From positions 74,679-138,678 of the IMG/VR virus record IMGVR_UViG_3300043540_000091: a stretch of DNA of 64,000 nucleotides; one strand, given 5' to 3'. The notes beneath the pieces are model-generated. The model was given only the letters and a program-made list of their open reading frames with translations. It made no database searches and was not told where the DNA came from. Source of the stretch: a virus. The position numbers and the translations under genes were made by a program. Below, in pieces: positions 38,983 through 48,410 of this stretch. Numbering within the stretch: the first letter of the stretch is position 1; each line of letters opens with the position of its first letter.

Positions 38983-39475
38983 GCGTAAGCGCAGGCACTT
39001 TAGAATCAGAGGCGAGAAGACTTACTTCTCCGACGTCGACGAAACCCTCATCCTCATAGATGAGATTCCGGACGGCGTCGATCCGTCTACCCTGGTCAAG
39101 ATCCGCATGAACAAGAATAAGCCCGACGCCTGGTGCTGGGGTATGCGACACGAGCGACATATCGAGCTTCTCAGACAGATGGCCGCTCGTGGCTTCGCCA
39201 TCGTAGTGTGGTCATCTGGAGGAGAGGCGTGGGCCGATTACATCGTTGACGTACTTGGACTGGATGGTCTGGTCGATGCGACGTGTGGGAAACCTGACTG
39301 GTATGCCGACGACAAGACTCCTGACAACTTCATGAAGGGCCGGATCTATCTCAATCCGTTCAATCCATCCAAGGATCATAGAGGCTGGGTAGTCGATGCC
39401 ATAAGCGCACATGAAGATCCCAATGATCTCTGTGACGTTGACAAGAATCTACCTAAAACGACCAAGTCAGAGTAA
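38972..39475 (+). CDS. HAD-superfamily phosphatase
   Basis: DVDETL, VWSSGG, KPD..ADD. Confidence 0.75.
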   Translation: MATKRKRRHFRIRGEKTYFSDVDETLILIDEIPDGVDPSTLVKIRMNKNKPDAWCWGMRHERHIELLRQMAARGFAIVVWSSGGEAWADYIVDVLGLDGLVDATCGKPDWYADDKTPDNFMKGRIYLNPFNPSKDHRGWVVDAISAHEDPNDLCDVDKNLPKTTKSE

Positions 39476-39728
39476 GCTGCTTCTGCATGATGACCTTTAT
39501 CACGATCGCGGTCGCAGATCCGTACTTCTCGATCTCTTTCGGCACGTACTTCTTCTCGAGATCCCTCAGGCGCTTGTCGACCTCAGGCTTCAGCCCTGAC
39601 TGGATGTAAGCTCCGTCGAGAGATGTTCGCGCGGCATCCATGTACCTGTCGTGGGACTTCTGGTCGTTGGACGTAGCTCCGTTGATGGCAAGCCCGAACG
39701 CCAGAAAGAATCCTGCTACTTGGCCCAT
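39453..39728 (-). CDS. Small exported hypothetical protein
   Basis: Hydrophobic N-terminus; ends LTLTWSF; coupled to subtilase. Confidence 0.55.
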   Translation of the reverse strand: MGQVAGFFLAFGLAINGATSNDQKSHDRYMDAARTSLDGAYIQSGLKPEVDKRLRDLEKKYVPKEIEKYGSATAIVIKVIMQKQLTLTWSF

Positions 39729-40537
39729 CCGCCAGCCTTCTTGACGAGTAACCTTCCGTAGTGGCTCTTCCTCATGATGTACAGGTGGTTGGCGAGCTTC
39801 CCAGTCATGGTCGCGGCGGCCTGTGAAGTTCCAGTCATATATCCGTAGAGTCCGCCAGGAAGAGTTGACAGGACGTCGTTACCGATCTCCTTGTACAGAA
39901 GGACCTTGGACTCATCGCTGCTGGTGTTCGACGATGGAAGCGTCTTCTCTCCATCGGCGTACGTCGCGGTCACTGCCACGATTCGAGAGTCGCACATGGC
40001 AGGCCAGTACTTGTGAGTGATGACGTCGGACCTTTCGTTGCCAGCTGCCGCGACCACTATGATACCCTTGTCAAGAGCTTCCTTGAGAACCGCGCACTCC
40101 TCGTCGCTTCTGGCGATACCGCCGCCGGAGTAGTTGATGATGTCGACGTTCAGCTCGACGGCCTTCTTGAATGACTTGATCGTGTTCTTGAGGTTGTCCG
40201 CGTCGAGGCCCTTCGAGTTGTAGTACTTCATGATATACAGGCACGTCGGAGCCGTTCCAGCGAATTTCGTGACTATTCCGGCGATGTGAGTCCCGTGACC
40301 ATGCTCGTCGCTCACGTCTAGGTTGTCGACTTCCTTACCGTCGACGACCTTCTTGGTTACGAAGTTCCAAGATCCGCATACCTTCGGTGTAAGCTTAAGC
40401 TGCTCCCAATTTGACTTCATGTCAATGCCGGTGTCAACGATTGCGATCTTGACCATATCTGGATCTTCGACCGGTTTCGGTTCGTCCGCTGCGAACGCGT
40501 GAGCGCCTATGAGCAGTGAAAGGATGATCTTCTTCAT
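39716..40537 (-). CDS. Secreted subtilisin-like (S8) serine protease
   Basis: Signal peptide; IVDTG, HGTHIAG, AAAGN, GTSQA; start moved to ATG 40537. Confidence 0.92.
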   Translation of the reverse strand: MKKIILSLLIGAHAFAADEPKPVEDPDMVKIAIVDTGIDMKSNWEQLKLTPKVCGSWNFVTKKVVDGKEVDNLDVSDEHGHGTHIAGIVTKFAGTAPTCLYIMKYYNSKGLDADNLKNTIKSFKKAVELNVDIINYSGGGIARSDEECAVLKEALDKGIIVVAAAGNERSDVITHKYWPAMCDSRIVAVTATYADGEKTLPSSNTSSDESKVLLYKEIGNDVLSTLPGGLYGYMTGTSQAAATMTGKLANHLYIMRKSHYGRLLVKKAGGWAK

Positions 40538-40543
40538 GTATAT

Positions 40544-40602
40544 ATTGTCCACCATAAACAGAATGAAGTCAACTTGACACTCGACCAAGGTAGTGCTAAG
40601 AT
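40544..40602. promoter_or_regulatory. Divergent sigma70-type promoters centred on GTCAACTTGAC
   Basis: Plus TTGACA-N17-TAAGAT; minus TTGACT-N17-GACAAT, 6 nt before ATG 40537. Confidence 0.7.
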
Positions 40603-40619
40603 CTCAGCTGGAGGTATCT

Positions 40620-40943
40620 ATGATCGACAATAAGACTTTTGACACTGCAGGCCGTCTCCGCTCATGCCAACTCTTCATCCGAAACGACCATCTACCGAGC
40701 CGCCACTTCGAGATCGTGATTAAGGAGATGAGATCGTCTCAAGGTGGTGCGGATGCCGTCGTGGTGGATCAACTCAAGACAAATAAGCCTCAGGAAGTAC
40801 ACGCGTTCCTTGGCAAATATGGGGTTCCGAGCGCTGAGATCAAATTGGCTGCAAACGAGATGGAGAAGAACGATCACAACGCCGCCTCGTTCGGATTCTT
40901 CGGCAGCTTCATCTACTCGTTCGACGATGGGATCATGCAATGA
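40620..40943 (+). CDS. Hypothetical protein
   Basis: SD GGAGGT; start moved to ATG 40620. Confidence 0.65.
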   Translation: MIDNKTFDTAGRLRSCQLFIRNDHLPSRHFEIVIKEMRSSQGGADAVVVDQLKTNKPQEVHAFLGKYGVPSAEIKLAANEMEKNDHNAASFGFFGSFIYSFDDGIMQ

Positions 40944-41164
40944 TCTCCGACAAGCGACCGACGATATCACCGTTCGAGAGGTTCGTCCTGACGTTCATGC
41001 CGTCTTACTTCGCGACGGACTACAACTCTGGAATAACCGTCCACTACAAGAAGCTCTTCGGGAAGATGTACATCCTCTCCGAGATCACCGATAGTCCAGA
41101 TCCGCTTGACGAAGATCCCGAGAAGGTGTATACACAAGATAAACCGTCCCAGGAGGGAACATGA
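40940..41164 (+). CDS. Hypothetical protein
   Basis: ATGA-coupled. Confidence 0.55.
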   Translation: MISDKRPTISPFERFVLTFMPSYFATDYNSGITVHYKKLFGKMYILSEITDSPDPLDEDPEKVYTQDKPSQEGT

Positions 41165-41409
41165 ACGAATCAAACGTACTGACATCGCAGGAACAGCGCG
41201 TTGCTGAGTTGGCAGGCAAAGGTCTGTCGAACCGTCAGATCGGCGCTGAGTTAAACATCACCGAGAAGACCGTCAAGTTTCACTTGACCAACGTCTACAG
41301 GAAGCTCGGCGTGACTCGCTACCAGCTGATCGGTAATCCCAACGTCACGGCGGCAGCAGTCCTCGCCTCCGAGACGCAGGTAGAGAATTCTCAGTCGAAC
41401 TCCTTATGA
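41161..41409 (+). CDS. LuxR-type HTH regulator
   Basis: LTSQEQRVAELAGKGLSNRQIGAELNITEKTVKFHLTNVYRKLGV. Confidence 0.92.
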   Translation: MNESNVLTSQEQRVAELAGKGLSNRQIGAELNITEKTVKFHLTNVYRKLGVTRYQLIGNPNVTAAAVLASETQVENSQSNSL

Positions 41410-41744
41410 CCGACGACTCGCTGAGCGATCTGGTAGCCAAGTTCTCCAAGAGAGCGGAAGATCTCGAGTGGCAGCTTAGACAGATCGCGGACCAGGTCTC
41501 TGAAGCTGAGAAGGCCGCCTATGAGCGCGGCCTGATGGCGAACCTGGACGCGAGGACGGGCTCGCTCGAAGGTAAGACCATCGTCGTGAAGGTTCCGTCA
41601 GGTGATGTGGAAGATACCTGCAGAAGCCTCAGATACGTGCAGCGCAAGATGAACTGCAGGTTTATCGTTCTTGCCGATTACGTTGACATGAAGGAACTGA
41701 GCGACGTGGATCTTCGTGCTGTTGGACTGAAGAGGATCGACTAG
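41406..41744 (+). CDS. Hypothetical protein (related to 6273 ORF)
   Basis: Ends LSDVDLRAVGLKRID. Confidence 0.6.
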   Translation: MTDDSLSDLVAKFSKRAEDLEWQLRQIADQVSEAEKAAYERGLMANLDARTGSLEGKTIVVKVPSGDVEDTCRSLRYVQRKMNCRFIVLADYVDMKELSDVDLRAVGLKRID

Positions 41745-41764
41745 TTTATGGTATAGTAAGATCG

Positions 41765-42337
41765 ATGTCTGTGAAGGTGTCTGGACACGATCTTAAGACC
41801 ATGGCCCTGTGTTGGCTGCGCTTCGAGCGGCAGTTCAATCTCATCTGCACCGAAGATCCGTTCAGGAACGCCGACGCGATCGGGACTGACACGTCGCAGC
41901 AGTGCAGGAAGATGATAGAGATCGAGACCAAGATCTCCATCGCGGATCTTCGCGCCGACAATAACAAGCGCGTAAAACATGAGCGGATGGGCAAGCTTTA
42001 CCGCAAGGAGCCCATCCTAGACCTCTGGGAGAAGGAAACGGATCACACTCAGTTCCCGAGCCAGTTCTACTTTCTGCTCCCGCGCGAGCTGAAGGAGAAG
42101 GCGCTCGAGGTCATAGGAGAAATGTATCCACACGCCGGACTCATGGTGGTCAACGAGAACCTCTTCAAGGCTGGGTTCTACAGCAGGGGCTCGATCGTCG
42201 TCATAAAGCGTGCACCTGTACTACACAAGCTGCTGATATCGAAGGAGATCAAGAACTACTTCGCCAACCGACAGGCGAGCGAGATATGCAAACTGAGACT
42301 TGACGATCTCAAGGACAAGTGGGAGAATAAGAAATGA
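41765..42337 (+). CDS. MmcB-like PD-(D/E)XK nuclease, probably leaderless
   Basis: ADAI..IEIETKISIADLRAD, FYFLLP, AGLM; 7 nt after TGGTATAGT. Confidence 0.7.
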   Translation: MSVKVSGHDLKTMALCWLRFERQFNLICTEDPFRNADAIGTDTSQQCRKMIEIETKISIADLRADNNKRVKHERMGKLYRKEPILDLWEKETDHTQFPSQFYFLLPRELKEKALEVIGEMYPHAGLMVVNENLFKAGFYSRGSIVVIKRAPVLHKLLISKEIKNYFANRQASEICKLRLDDLKDKWENKK

Positions 42338-42885
42338 TCTTGAAGTATACGTACTCGTATTCTGGTACCAAGGGCACGTTCCACGTCGGACTCAAGGAAG
42401 GCGTCGTTACTCATTCGCTCAGCGCACACGCCATGTCACAGATCGCCGCTCAGGAAGGTGGACTACTGAGCTGGCTTCGCCGTACGCTCATAAGTGAGCA
42501 CCTCGGGCAGCAGCACTTCGAGCTTGTAAACGTGACTCCGGAGAAGATCAAGGAACGCGGCGTCATGTCTCCGGACGATGCCAAGGAACTGTACGATCTC
42601 GCGCGTTACGACGAGGAAGTCAACAAGGCAGCATCGTTGGTAGCAGAAGCCATCAGGCAGGATTTCTTGGACAGTATCAAGAACTCCGTCGAGCCGATGA
42701 CCGTGGCGTCGATGAAGAAGTACGTCGAGAAGTACGTCGAGAAGTTCTTCAAGCCCGACTTCAACGTACAGGTGCAGGTAAACAAGGAAGATCCGTCGAA
42801 GATCGACGTGAGCTTCACGGTCCCTATCATATCTATCGAGTTTGAACTAGGAGGAATGGCGGATGGAAGTCAGAATCGGACCTAA
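42334..42885 (+). CDS. Hypothetical protein
   Basis: ATGA-coupled; internal KYVE duplication. Confidence 0.6.
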   Translation: MILKYTYSYSGTKGTFHVGLKEGVVTHSLSAHAMSQIAAQEGGLLSWLRRTLISEHLGQQHFELVNVTPEKIKERGVMSPDDAKELYDLARYDEEVNKAASLVAEAIRQDFLDSIKNSVEPMTVASMKKYVEKYVEKFFKPDFNVQVQVNKEDPSKIDVSFTVPIISIEFELGGMADGSQNRT

Positions 42886-43129
42886 GTCAGTTCGTTCGGA
42901 TCTACCTGTTGGATACGTACCAAGCGGCGTGCTTGATCAGATCAAGTTGGCCGACTCAGGTCAGCTTGGCAAGCAGGTCTTAAACTTCGACGTGCGCCTG
43001 ACCAAGCCAAGCTCTGACGGCGACGCGCACTTCAAGCGTGTGTTCGTCATCAACGGTCACTGCCGCTTCAAGCTGTACACACTGATCGACGTTGTCCGGT
43101 ACAAGCTCGTGCGGATGCTTGGCCTGTGA
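42863..43129 (+). CDS. Hypothetical protein
   Basis: SD AGGAGG. Confidence 0.55.
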   Translation: MEVRIGPKSVRSDLPVGYVPSGVLDQIKLADSGQLGKQVLNFDVRLTKPSSDGDAHFKRVFVINGHCRFKLYTLIDVVRYKLVRMLGL

Positions 43130-43317
43130 GCGATCCACGCAGGGAAGCCTACCTCGAGAGTGAGATCCGGCGGCTTCAGGAAGCCAAGCTGACTGCGCTT
43201 AAGAACGTGCGCGTGACGACCGGTTCAGGGAAGGTCACCATTCTTGACCATTTCTTAGAGATGGATAAGAAGCAGGAGAAATTCGAGTCAGAACTCGAGA
43301 CTCTGCTAGAGGGTTAG
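43126..43317 (+). CDS. Hypothetical protein
   Basis: GTGA-coupled; convergent with fibre block. Confidence 0.5.
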   Translation: MSDPRREAYLESEIRRLQEAKLTALKNVRVTTGSGKVTILDHFLEMDKKQEKFESELETLLEG

Positions 43318-43809
43318 TTGAGGCTTACCCAAGTTGAGCCGTCGTACAACCTCAACTTGTTAGTACTAGTGTTATAATAGACACTTCCGGCGGTTGCCGT
43401 AGGGTCAGAAGTTCCAGTTGGAAGTCGTAGATACAGGGCGTCTAAAGTTATATGACCGCGAGTGCCTCCGATAGACGGAGATCCTACCGTAAGATTGATG
43501 TTGCCAGAATTTCTACTGTTACTTCCAAGCCCGCCGTTTCCGGTCATGAGATTGATCGCGCCTGTGTCTCCAGAGAATGGTCCTGTATTGCCGGTTGATA
43601 GATTCAATGCTTTGCAGTAGTTCTCATCGCGATATCGCCTGATGGAACAGTCGCTTCGACGGCGTATGGGGTAGTCGACGACGTTATACCCAAGTTGCCT
43701 TGAGCCAGAGTTAGGTTGCCGTTACTTGCCAGACGCATCGACTCTGTTAAAGCCGGATCTTCGTCTCGTCTACCGCGTTCGCGCCAAGGAACTGTTTACT
43801 TAGATTCAC
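43314..43809 (-). pseudogene. Disrupted third paralog of the MNILKQF fibre family
   Basis: GTG 43809 gives MNLSKQFLGANAVDETKIRL*, then LTESMRLASNGNL... in another frame, then LNLSTGNTG...YYNTSTNKLRLYDGSTWVSLN* after a second shift. Confidence 0.75.
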
Positions 43810-43820
43810 TGCCTACCGCC

Positions 43821-45710
43821 TTAGTATTCGTACTGCACCACGACGATGTTCGAAGAAGTCAGAGCAGAAGGTCCGCCCGTAGCGATGTCGTTCAAGAACG
43901 TGATGCGGGTATTGCCGCCTGCGCCGCCGGTGTAGTTCACCGAGTAATCATCGCCAGCACCTTCGATCAGCATACCGTTACCGCCCTTGACCATGAACAT
44001 GATCGAGTCGGTCTTGGCCACATGCGCGAGATCGATGTACTGGTTCGTGATGTCGGTTGCCGACAATGCAATGCGCTCTTTAGCCCACGTTCCACCGGCA
44101 TCACCGAAGGAGAGGTTGCCAGCACCGTCTGTCTTAAGCGCTTGACCAGCTGTTCCGTCAGCGGCAGGCAAGATGAACGAGACGTTAGATGGAATCGTGG
44201 CAGGAGCTACGATATCGATCCATGTCTCATTATTGCCAGCCATGAAACGCAGAGGCATCGGCTGTAAACCATTCGCCGAGATGAGTCGGAACGCAGTGTA
44301 GGCTATAATGTCGACCATTCCACCGATGACATTAACCTGACCATACAGCCCTGCGCCATCGTTACCGGCGATGAGGCTGATCGTACCTGCCTGCACTCCG
44401 GTAGTCGTATTGCCCGTAGTAAGAGTAATCGCGCCGGAAGCTGCAGCGCTCGCGACAGATCCAGTGGTCAGGTTGATGTCACCAGAAGAGTATGCTCCAG
44501 TGGCCTTAGTCGAGTTACCAGTGTTGATGAGTACAGGTCCGCTACCTTCGTAAGCTTGACCAGTCAAGATCTGTACTTGGCCGGACACTTCGCCGTCTTG
44601 AGCCTGATCTGCGTTGCCTGATCCGATAGTCACAGCACCGGAGTTGCCGCCGCCGACTGCGGACCCAGAGTAGATCTGAATGATACCGGTGTTACCCGTT
44701 CCGGCATTGTCGCCGGAGTAGATGTTGACCGCACCGGAGTTGCCTGAACCAGCGCCGACCGCGCCGGAGCCTAAGAATACGTAGCCAGAGTTGCCGCTCG
44801 CTGCGTCGTTCTGAATAAGACCAGAGCGAAGAGTAAGGTTACCGGTATCGCCGGTTGCGCTAGAAGGTGCGCCATCGCCAGACTTAATGGTGACTGTTCC
44901 AGAGCCGGTGTTATTGTTATTGCCTTGATCCGCTGAGCCGAACAATGCGGCTCCGCCAGTGGCCAAGTTAGAACCACCGCTCAAGAGGGTGAGAGTTCCA
45001 CCGTTTGAGTTGATCGGCGTACCAGCTTGGATGACAAGGTTCATCGTTGAAGAGGGCTGCGTCGTCCATCCGATGTAACGCGTGGCAGAACCTTCGTCGA
45101 AGACTAGATCTTGGTTGATCGACGTAGCTGTTAAGTTAGACAGAGCCGTATTCGCTCCGGAATCGCCGCTGCTGGAGAGGTCAGCTACTACGCTGTCTGT
45201 CCCGATTACAGCTGCATCGCGGATCTTCCAGATCTGGTCTGAGTTAGAGCCAGCGCTGTGATCGACGATGATCAAGGTACCTTCAGCGATGGTCGAGCCG
45301 GTAGTCCATCCAGCCGGACGAGTCAGCGCGGTACCTGAGGTATTGAAGGTCCAGAGACCGTTCTCGGTCTGCGTAGACTGACCTGCCAAGAATAACAGCT
45401 GACCTGCGGTCAGAGTAACCGAGTCGAATACGGCAGTGCCTGGGTTAGATACAGTCACATCAGTCGTAACGAGAGCCTTCGGAACGTACGAAGCTACGTC
45501 GCGCGCGTTAACGAACGCTTCTGTAGCCAGATTGCTACCAGAATATTGCGGAAGCGAAGCAAATTCGATAATGTCGGAAGCGTTGACACGAAGTAGGTTG
45601 ACGTTACCTGAGTTGGCGGCGTTGCGCGCACGCAAGTACTGAGCGTTCTTCAGTAAAATCTTGGTATCGTCGACCTGATCTGCTCCAATAAACTGCTTTA
45701 AAATGTTCAT
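43821..45710 (-). CDS. Fibre protein with Gly/Ser/Thr-rich repeats
   Basis: SG.V.I.SG/TG repeats; LPAADGTAGQALKTDGAGNLSF; about 180-aa N-terminus shared with 45794 gene. Confidence 0.8.
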   Translation of the reverse strand: MNILKQFIGADQVDDTKILLKNAQYLRARNAANSGNVNLLRVNASDIIEFASLPQYSGSNLATEAFVNARDVASYVPKALVTTDVTVSNPGTAVFDSVTLTAGQLLFLAGQSTQTENGLWTFNTSGTALTRPAGWTTGSTIAEGTLIIVDHSAGSNSDQIWKIRDAAVIGTDSVVADLSSSGDSGANTALSNLTATSINQDLVFDEGSATRYIGWTTQPSSTMNLVIQAGTPINSNGGTLTLLSGGSNLATGGAALFGSADQGNNNNTGSGTVTIKSGDGAPSSATGDTGNLTLRSGLIQNDAASGNSGYVFLGSGAVGAGSGNSGAVNIYSGDNAGTGNTGIIQIYSGSAVGGGNSGAVTIGSGNADQAQDGEVSGQVQILTGQAYEGSGPVLINTGNSTKATGAYSSGDINLTTGSVASAAASGAITLTTGNTTTGVQAGTISLIAGNDGAGLYGQVNVIGGMVDIIAYTAFRLISANGLQPMPLRFMAGNNETWIDIVAPATIPSNVSFILPAADGTAGQALKTDGAGNLSFGDAGGTWAKERIALSATDITNQYIDLAHVAKTDSIMFMVKGGNGMLIEGAGDDYSVNYTGGAGGNTRITFLNDIATGGPSALTSSNIVVVQYEY

Positions 45711-45780
45711 CTTTATCTCCCTTTATTACGACATCTGATAGATTAGGATTATGTCCAGTACGTGATGCGGAAGCGGTTTA
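45177..45780 (-). repeat. Copy 2 of about 600-bp duplicated cassette
   Basis: Similar to 47810-48410: gene end, CCTAATCT (45740-45747), and first ~180 codons. Confidence 0.85.
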
Positions 45781-45794
45781 CTGGTGTTAGACAT
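45749..45794 (-). pseudogene. 46-nt remnant of a paralog of the 48379 gene
   Basis: ATG TCT AAC ACC AGT (MSNTS, cf. MSNPS) joined out of frame to NRFRITYWT* (cf. NRFRIVYWT*). Confidence 0.7.
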
Positions 45795-48343
45795 TAGTTA
45801 CCTACCCTCGCCCAACTAAAGTAGTTAAATACGTTGCTTGCCGACGTGGACGGCGTTGTTCCATCGTTACCTGCCTTGACAGTGATGGTGTCGCCAGCGT
45901 TGCAGGAGATAATATCAGACACTAAGTTGGCTAATGGCTTGGAGACTGAGGAAGTAAAATAATTCTGTCCCTGCGAGACTGCCGATCCGTTCTTAAGAAT
46001 CTGAACCGTAATCGATTGGTTTGCAGCCGTAGTTGCGGCGGTGTGATACAGACTGGCAGTGAACATGTACTTCCCGCTCACAGGAACGGTTAGCGTTCCC
46101 GCCGAGTAGGCGCCATGCGAATCGAAATCCTTAGTCGTGTACGTGATAGCGGAAGGCGAGGCGCTAGTTCCTGGTGTGCTTGAACTTGCGTAATACCTTC
46201 CATTCACACTCTCAGTTGCTGCTATTACTGAAGGACCAGACGTTCTCTTTACGCTAAAAACTCCGTTAGCCATTGTAGTGTTGGCAATAGAATTAGTAGT
46301 GCGAGCCTGTACGTCAATCGTATCTCCGGCATTTAGAAAATAAGCATCCACTCTAGCAACAATAGTTTGGGCGTTACCAGTTCCTATAGTATTACTAATT
46401 GCACTATTCCCAGTAACAATTACTGAACCATTTCTACGAATATTTAAAACTCCCATTGATGTAAATGTTCCTGATGGAATCACAATAGATCCGCCAGAAT
46501 ATATATCGTAATAACCAGATACAGGTACAGTGTACGTTGTAGTATCGTTAAAACCGCCATGAGTGTCAGTAACTTTTCCAATCCAATTTATTGTAGTGGG
46601 ACTGTCGCTTGTAATAGTAGTTGCTGTTTCTTGAGCTAAAAATGCAATTACACGAGTATCTGTGTCATTCGAGGCCACGACTGGGTTAGTATAACAAATG
46701 TGATAGGCAATATTGGCGTTTATGGGGCGGGTTTCGTTTGCGGAAGCCTGCGCAGTTCCCCCAGAAGCTGCCGCAGCTTGGCTAGTATTGGCGCCTATGT
46801 AACCGCCTACTGGGCTTCCTGCATACACATAATCAGTAACGGCTTGCTGACCATTAGTAGATTTATTTATTCCGTGGTTATGTGTTTGGAATGCATGACC
46901 TTGTACGGAACCGGGATTGTCCCCAGCATTTCCCCCTGTGTTCATGGCCGTGCGAGAAGCAGCATCTGGGTCACGTCCGGTGCTATTATTTGTTCCCCTT
47001 AAGAAACGCCCACGAAAATCGGGAAGATTGAAGGTGGTGGAATTGTCGCCGTACCCGAATGTCACTCCGATAGCTGCAAAAAGTTCAGCATATTGTGTTC
47101 TGCTTACAGCGGCACCATTGCAATATAAATATCCAGGGGGAGGGGTCAGAGACCCTGTAGCGATTATCTGACCTACAACTCCGAACTGAGCAACAAGTGT
47201 TGGTTGAGGGCCACAGAAGAAGTCGTCAAAATAAAGAGTGACAGCGCCAGAGGTAGAGTTGGCGTTGAATACAACGACTCTATATTGCGTGCTTGAGGAG
47301 TTGGTCTGGAAGGTAGCAACAGCAGTTCCTACGCCCGCACTTTGAGTCATGCTCCAGACGCCAGCAGGCATGATCCAGCCGGATGCTCCGCCAGTCGTCA
47401 CGTCGTAAAGTGCAATGCCAAACGAGTTTGAGCTTGTCCCTGACCAGTTCGCATTGGACGGGTTCGTTACGGCTTTATAGTTGAACTTGACCGTGAGAAC
47501 CTTGGATTGGTCGGACGTGTCGATGGTAAACGCAGGAGAGGCTAGGAAGTTACCGGCTGTAGTCGCGGCACTGGATGCGTAAGAATATGAGTAAGAACCA
47601 GAGAGTTGGCCAGAGCTAACGACAGAACCGCTCAGGTTACCAGAAGCGCCAGATCCAAACGTAGGTGAACCAGACGGGAACGCAGAGGTAAGAGAGACGT
47701 TGCCGAGAACCCAATTGCCGACCGTGTTACTCTCGAAGTCTCCACCGTTATCTGTACCGTTGATGATGCCGAGATAGTTCTTGGCGCCAGATCCACCACC
47801 GCCACTCGCAAGGTCAGATACGACGTTGTCCGTGCCGATTACAGCTGCGTTGCGGATCTTCCAGATCTGATCTGAATGAGCGCCTGCGCTGTGATCGACG
47901 ACGATGAGGGTACCTTCAGCAACCGTCGCGCTGGTTGTCCATCCGGCAGGCCGAGTAAGGGCCGAACCTGAACCGTTGAATATCCATAGGCCGTTCTCGG
48001 TCTGCGTCGCTTGCCCGGTCAAGAACAAGAGTTGGCCAGACGTCAGCGTGACGCCGTCGAACACGGCAGTGCCTGGGTTGGAGATCGTGATGTTAGACGT
48101 CTCCAAGGCCTTCGGAACGTACGAGGCTACTCCGCGAGCATTTACGAACGCTTCGGTCGCGAGATTCGATCCGGAGTGCTGAGGTAGCGATGCGAACTCG
48201 ATGATGTCAGACGTGTTAACGCGAAGGAGATTGACGTTGCCGGAGTTCGCGGCATTGCGGCCATGTAAATATTGAGCATTACGAAGCAATATCTTCGTGT
48301 CATCGACCTGATCTGCTCCAATAAACTGCTTTAAAATGTTCAT
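45794..48343 (-). CDS. Fibre protein with tail-collar and C1q-like domains
   Basis: PPGYLYCNGAAVSRTQYAELFAAIG...FNLPDFRGRFLRG; two TVPVSG.Y beta-sandwich units. Confidence 0.85.
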   Translation of the reverse strand: MNILKQFIGADQVDDTKILLRNAQYLHGRNAANSGNVNLLRVNTSDIIEFASLPQHSGSNLATEAFVNARGVASYVPKALETSNITISNPGTAVFDGVTLTSGQLLFLTGQATQTENGLWIFNGSGSALTRPAGWTTSATVAEGTLIVVDHSAGAHSDQIWKIRNAAVIGTDNVVSDLASGGGGSGAKNYLGIINGTDNGGDFESNTVGNWVLGNVSLTSAFPSGSPTFGSGASGNLSGSVVSSGQLSGSYSYSYASSAATTAGNFLASPAFTIDTSDQSKVLTVKFNYKAVTNPSNANWSGTSSNSFGIALYDVTTGGASGWIMPAGVWSMTQSAGVGTAVATFQTNSSSTQYRVVVFNANSTSGAVTLYFDDFFCGPQPTLVAQFGVVGQIIATGSLTPPPGYLYCNGAAVSRTQYAELFAAIGVTFGYGDNSTTFNLPDFRGRFLRGTNNSTGRDPDAASRTAMNTGGNAGDNPGSVQGHAFQTHNHGINKSTNGQQAVTDYVYAGSPVGGYIGANTSQAAAASGGTAQASANETRPINANIAYHICYTNPVVASNDTDTRVIAFLAQETATTITSDSPTTINWIGKVTDTHGGFNDTTTYTVPVSGYYDIYSGGSIVIPSGTFTSMGVLNIRRNGSVIVTGNSAISNTIGTGNAQTIVARVDAYFLNAGDTIDVQARTTNSIANTTMANGVFSVKRTSGPSVIAATESVNGRYYASSSTPGTSASPSAITYTTKDFDSHGAYSAGTLTVPVSGKYMFTASLYHTAATTAANQSITVQILKNGSAVSQGQNYFTSSVSKPLANLVSDIISCNAGDTITVKAGNDGTTPSTSASNVFNYFSWARVGN

Positions 48344-48410
48344 GTCATTTCCTTAATACGATGCCTGATAGATTAGGATTATGTCCAGTAGACTATGCGG
48401 AAGCGATTGC
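47810..48410 (-). repeat. Copy 1 of duplicated fibre cassette
   Basis: Includes CCTAATCT at 48370-48377. Confidence 0.85.

Noticed and set aside
42718-42744. AAGTACGTCGAG tandem duplication
   Set aside because: Simple in-frame 12-bp slippage with no evident function.
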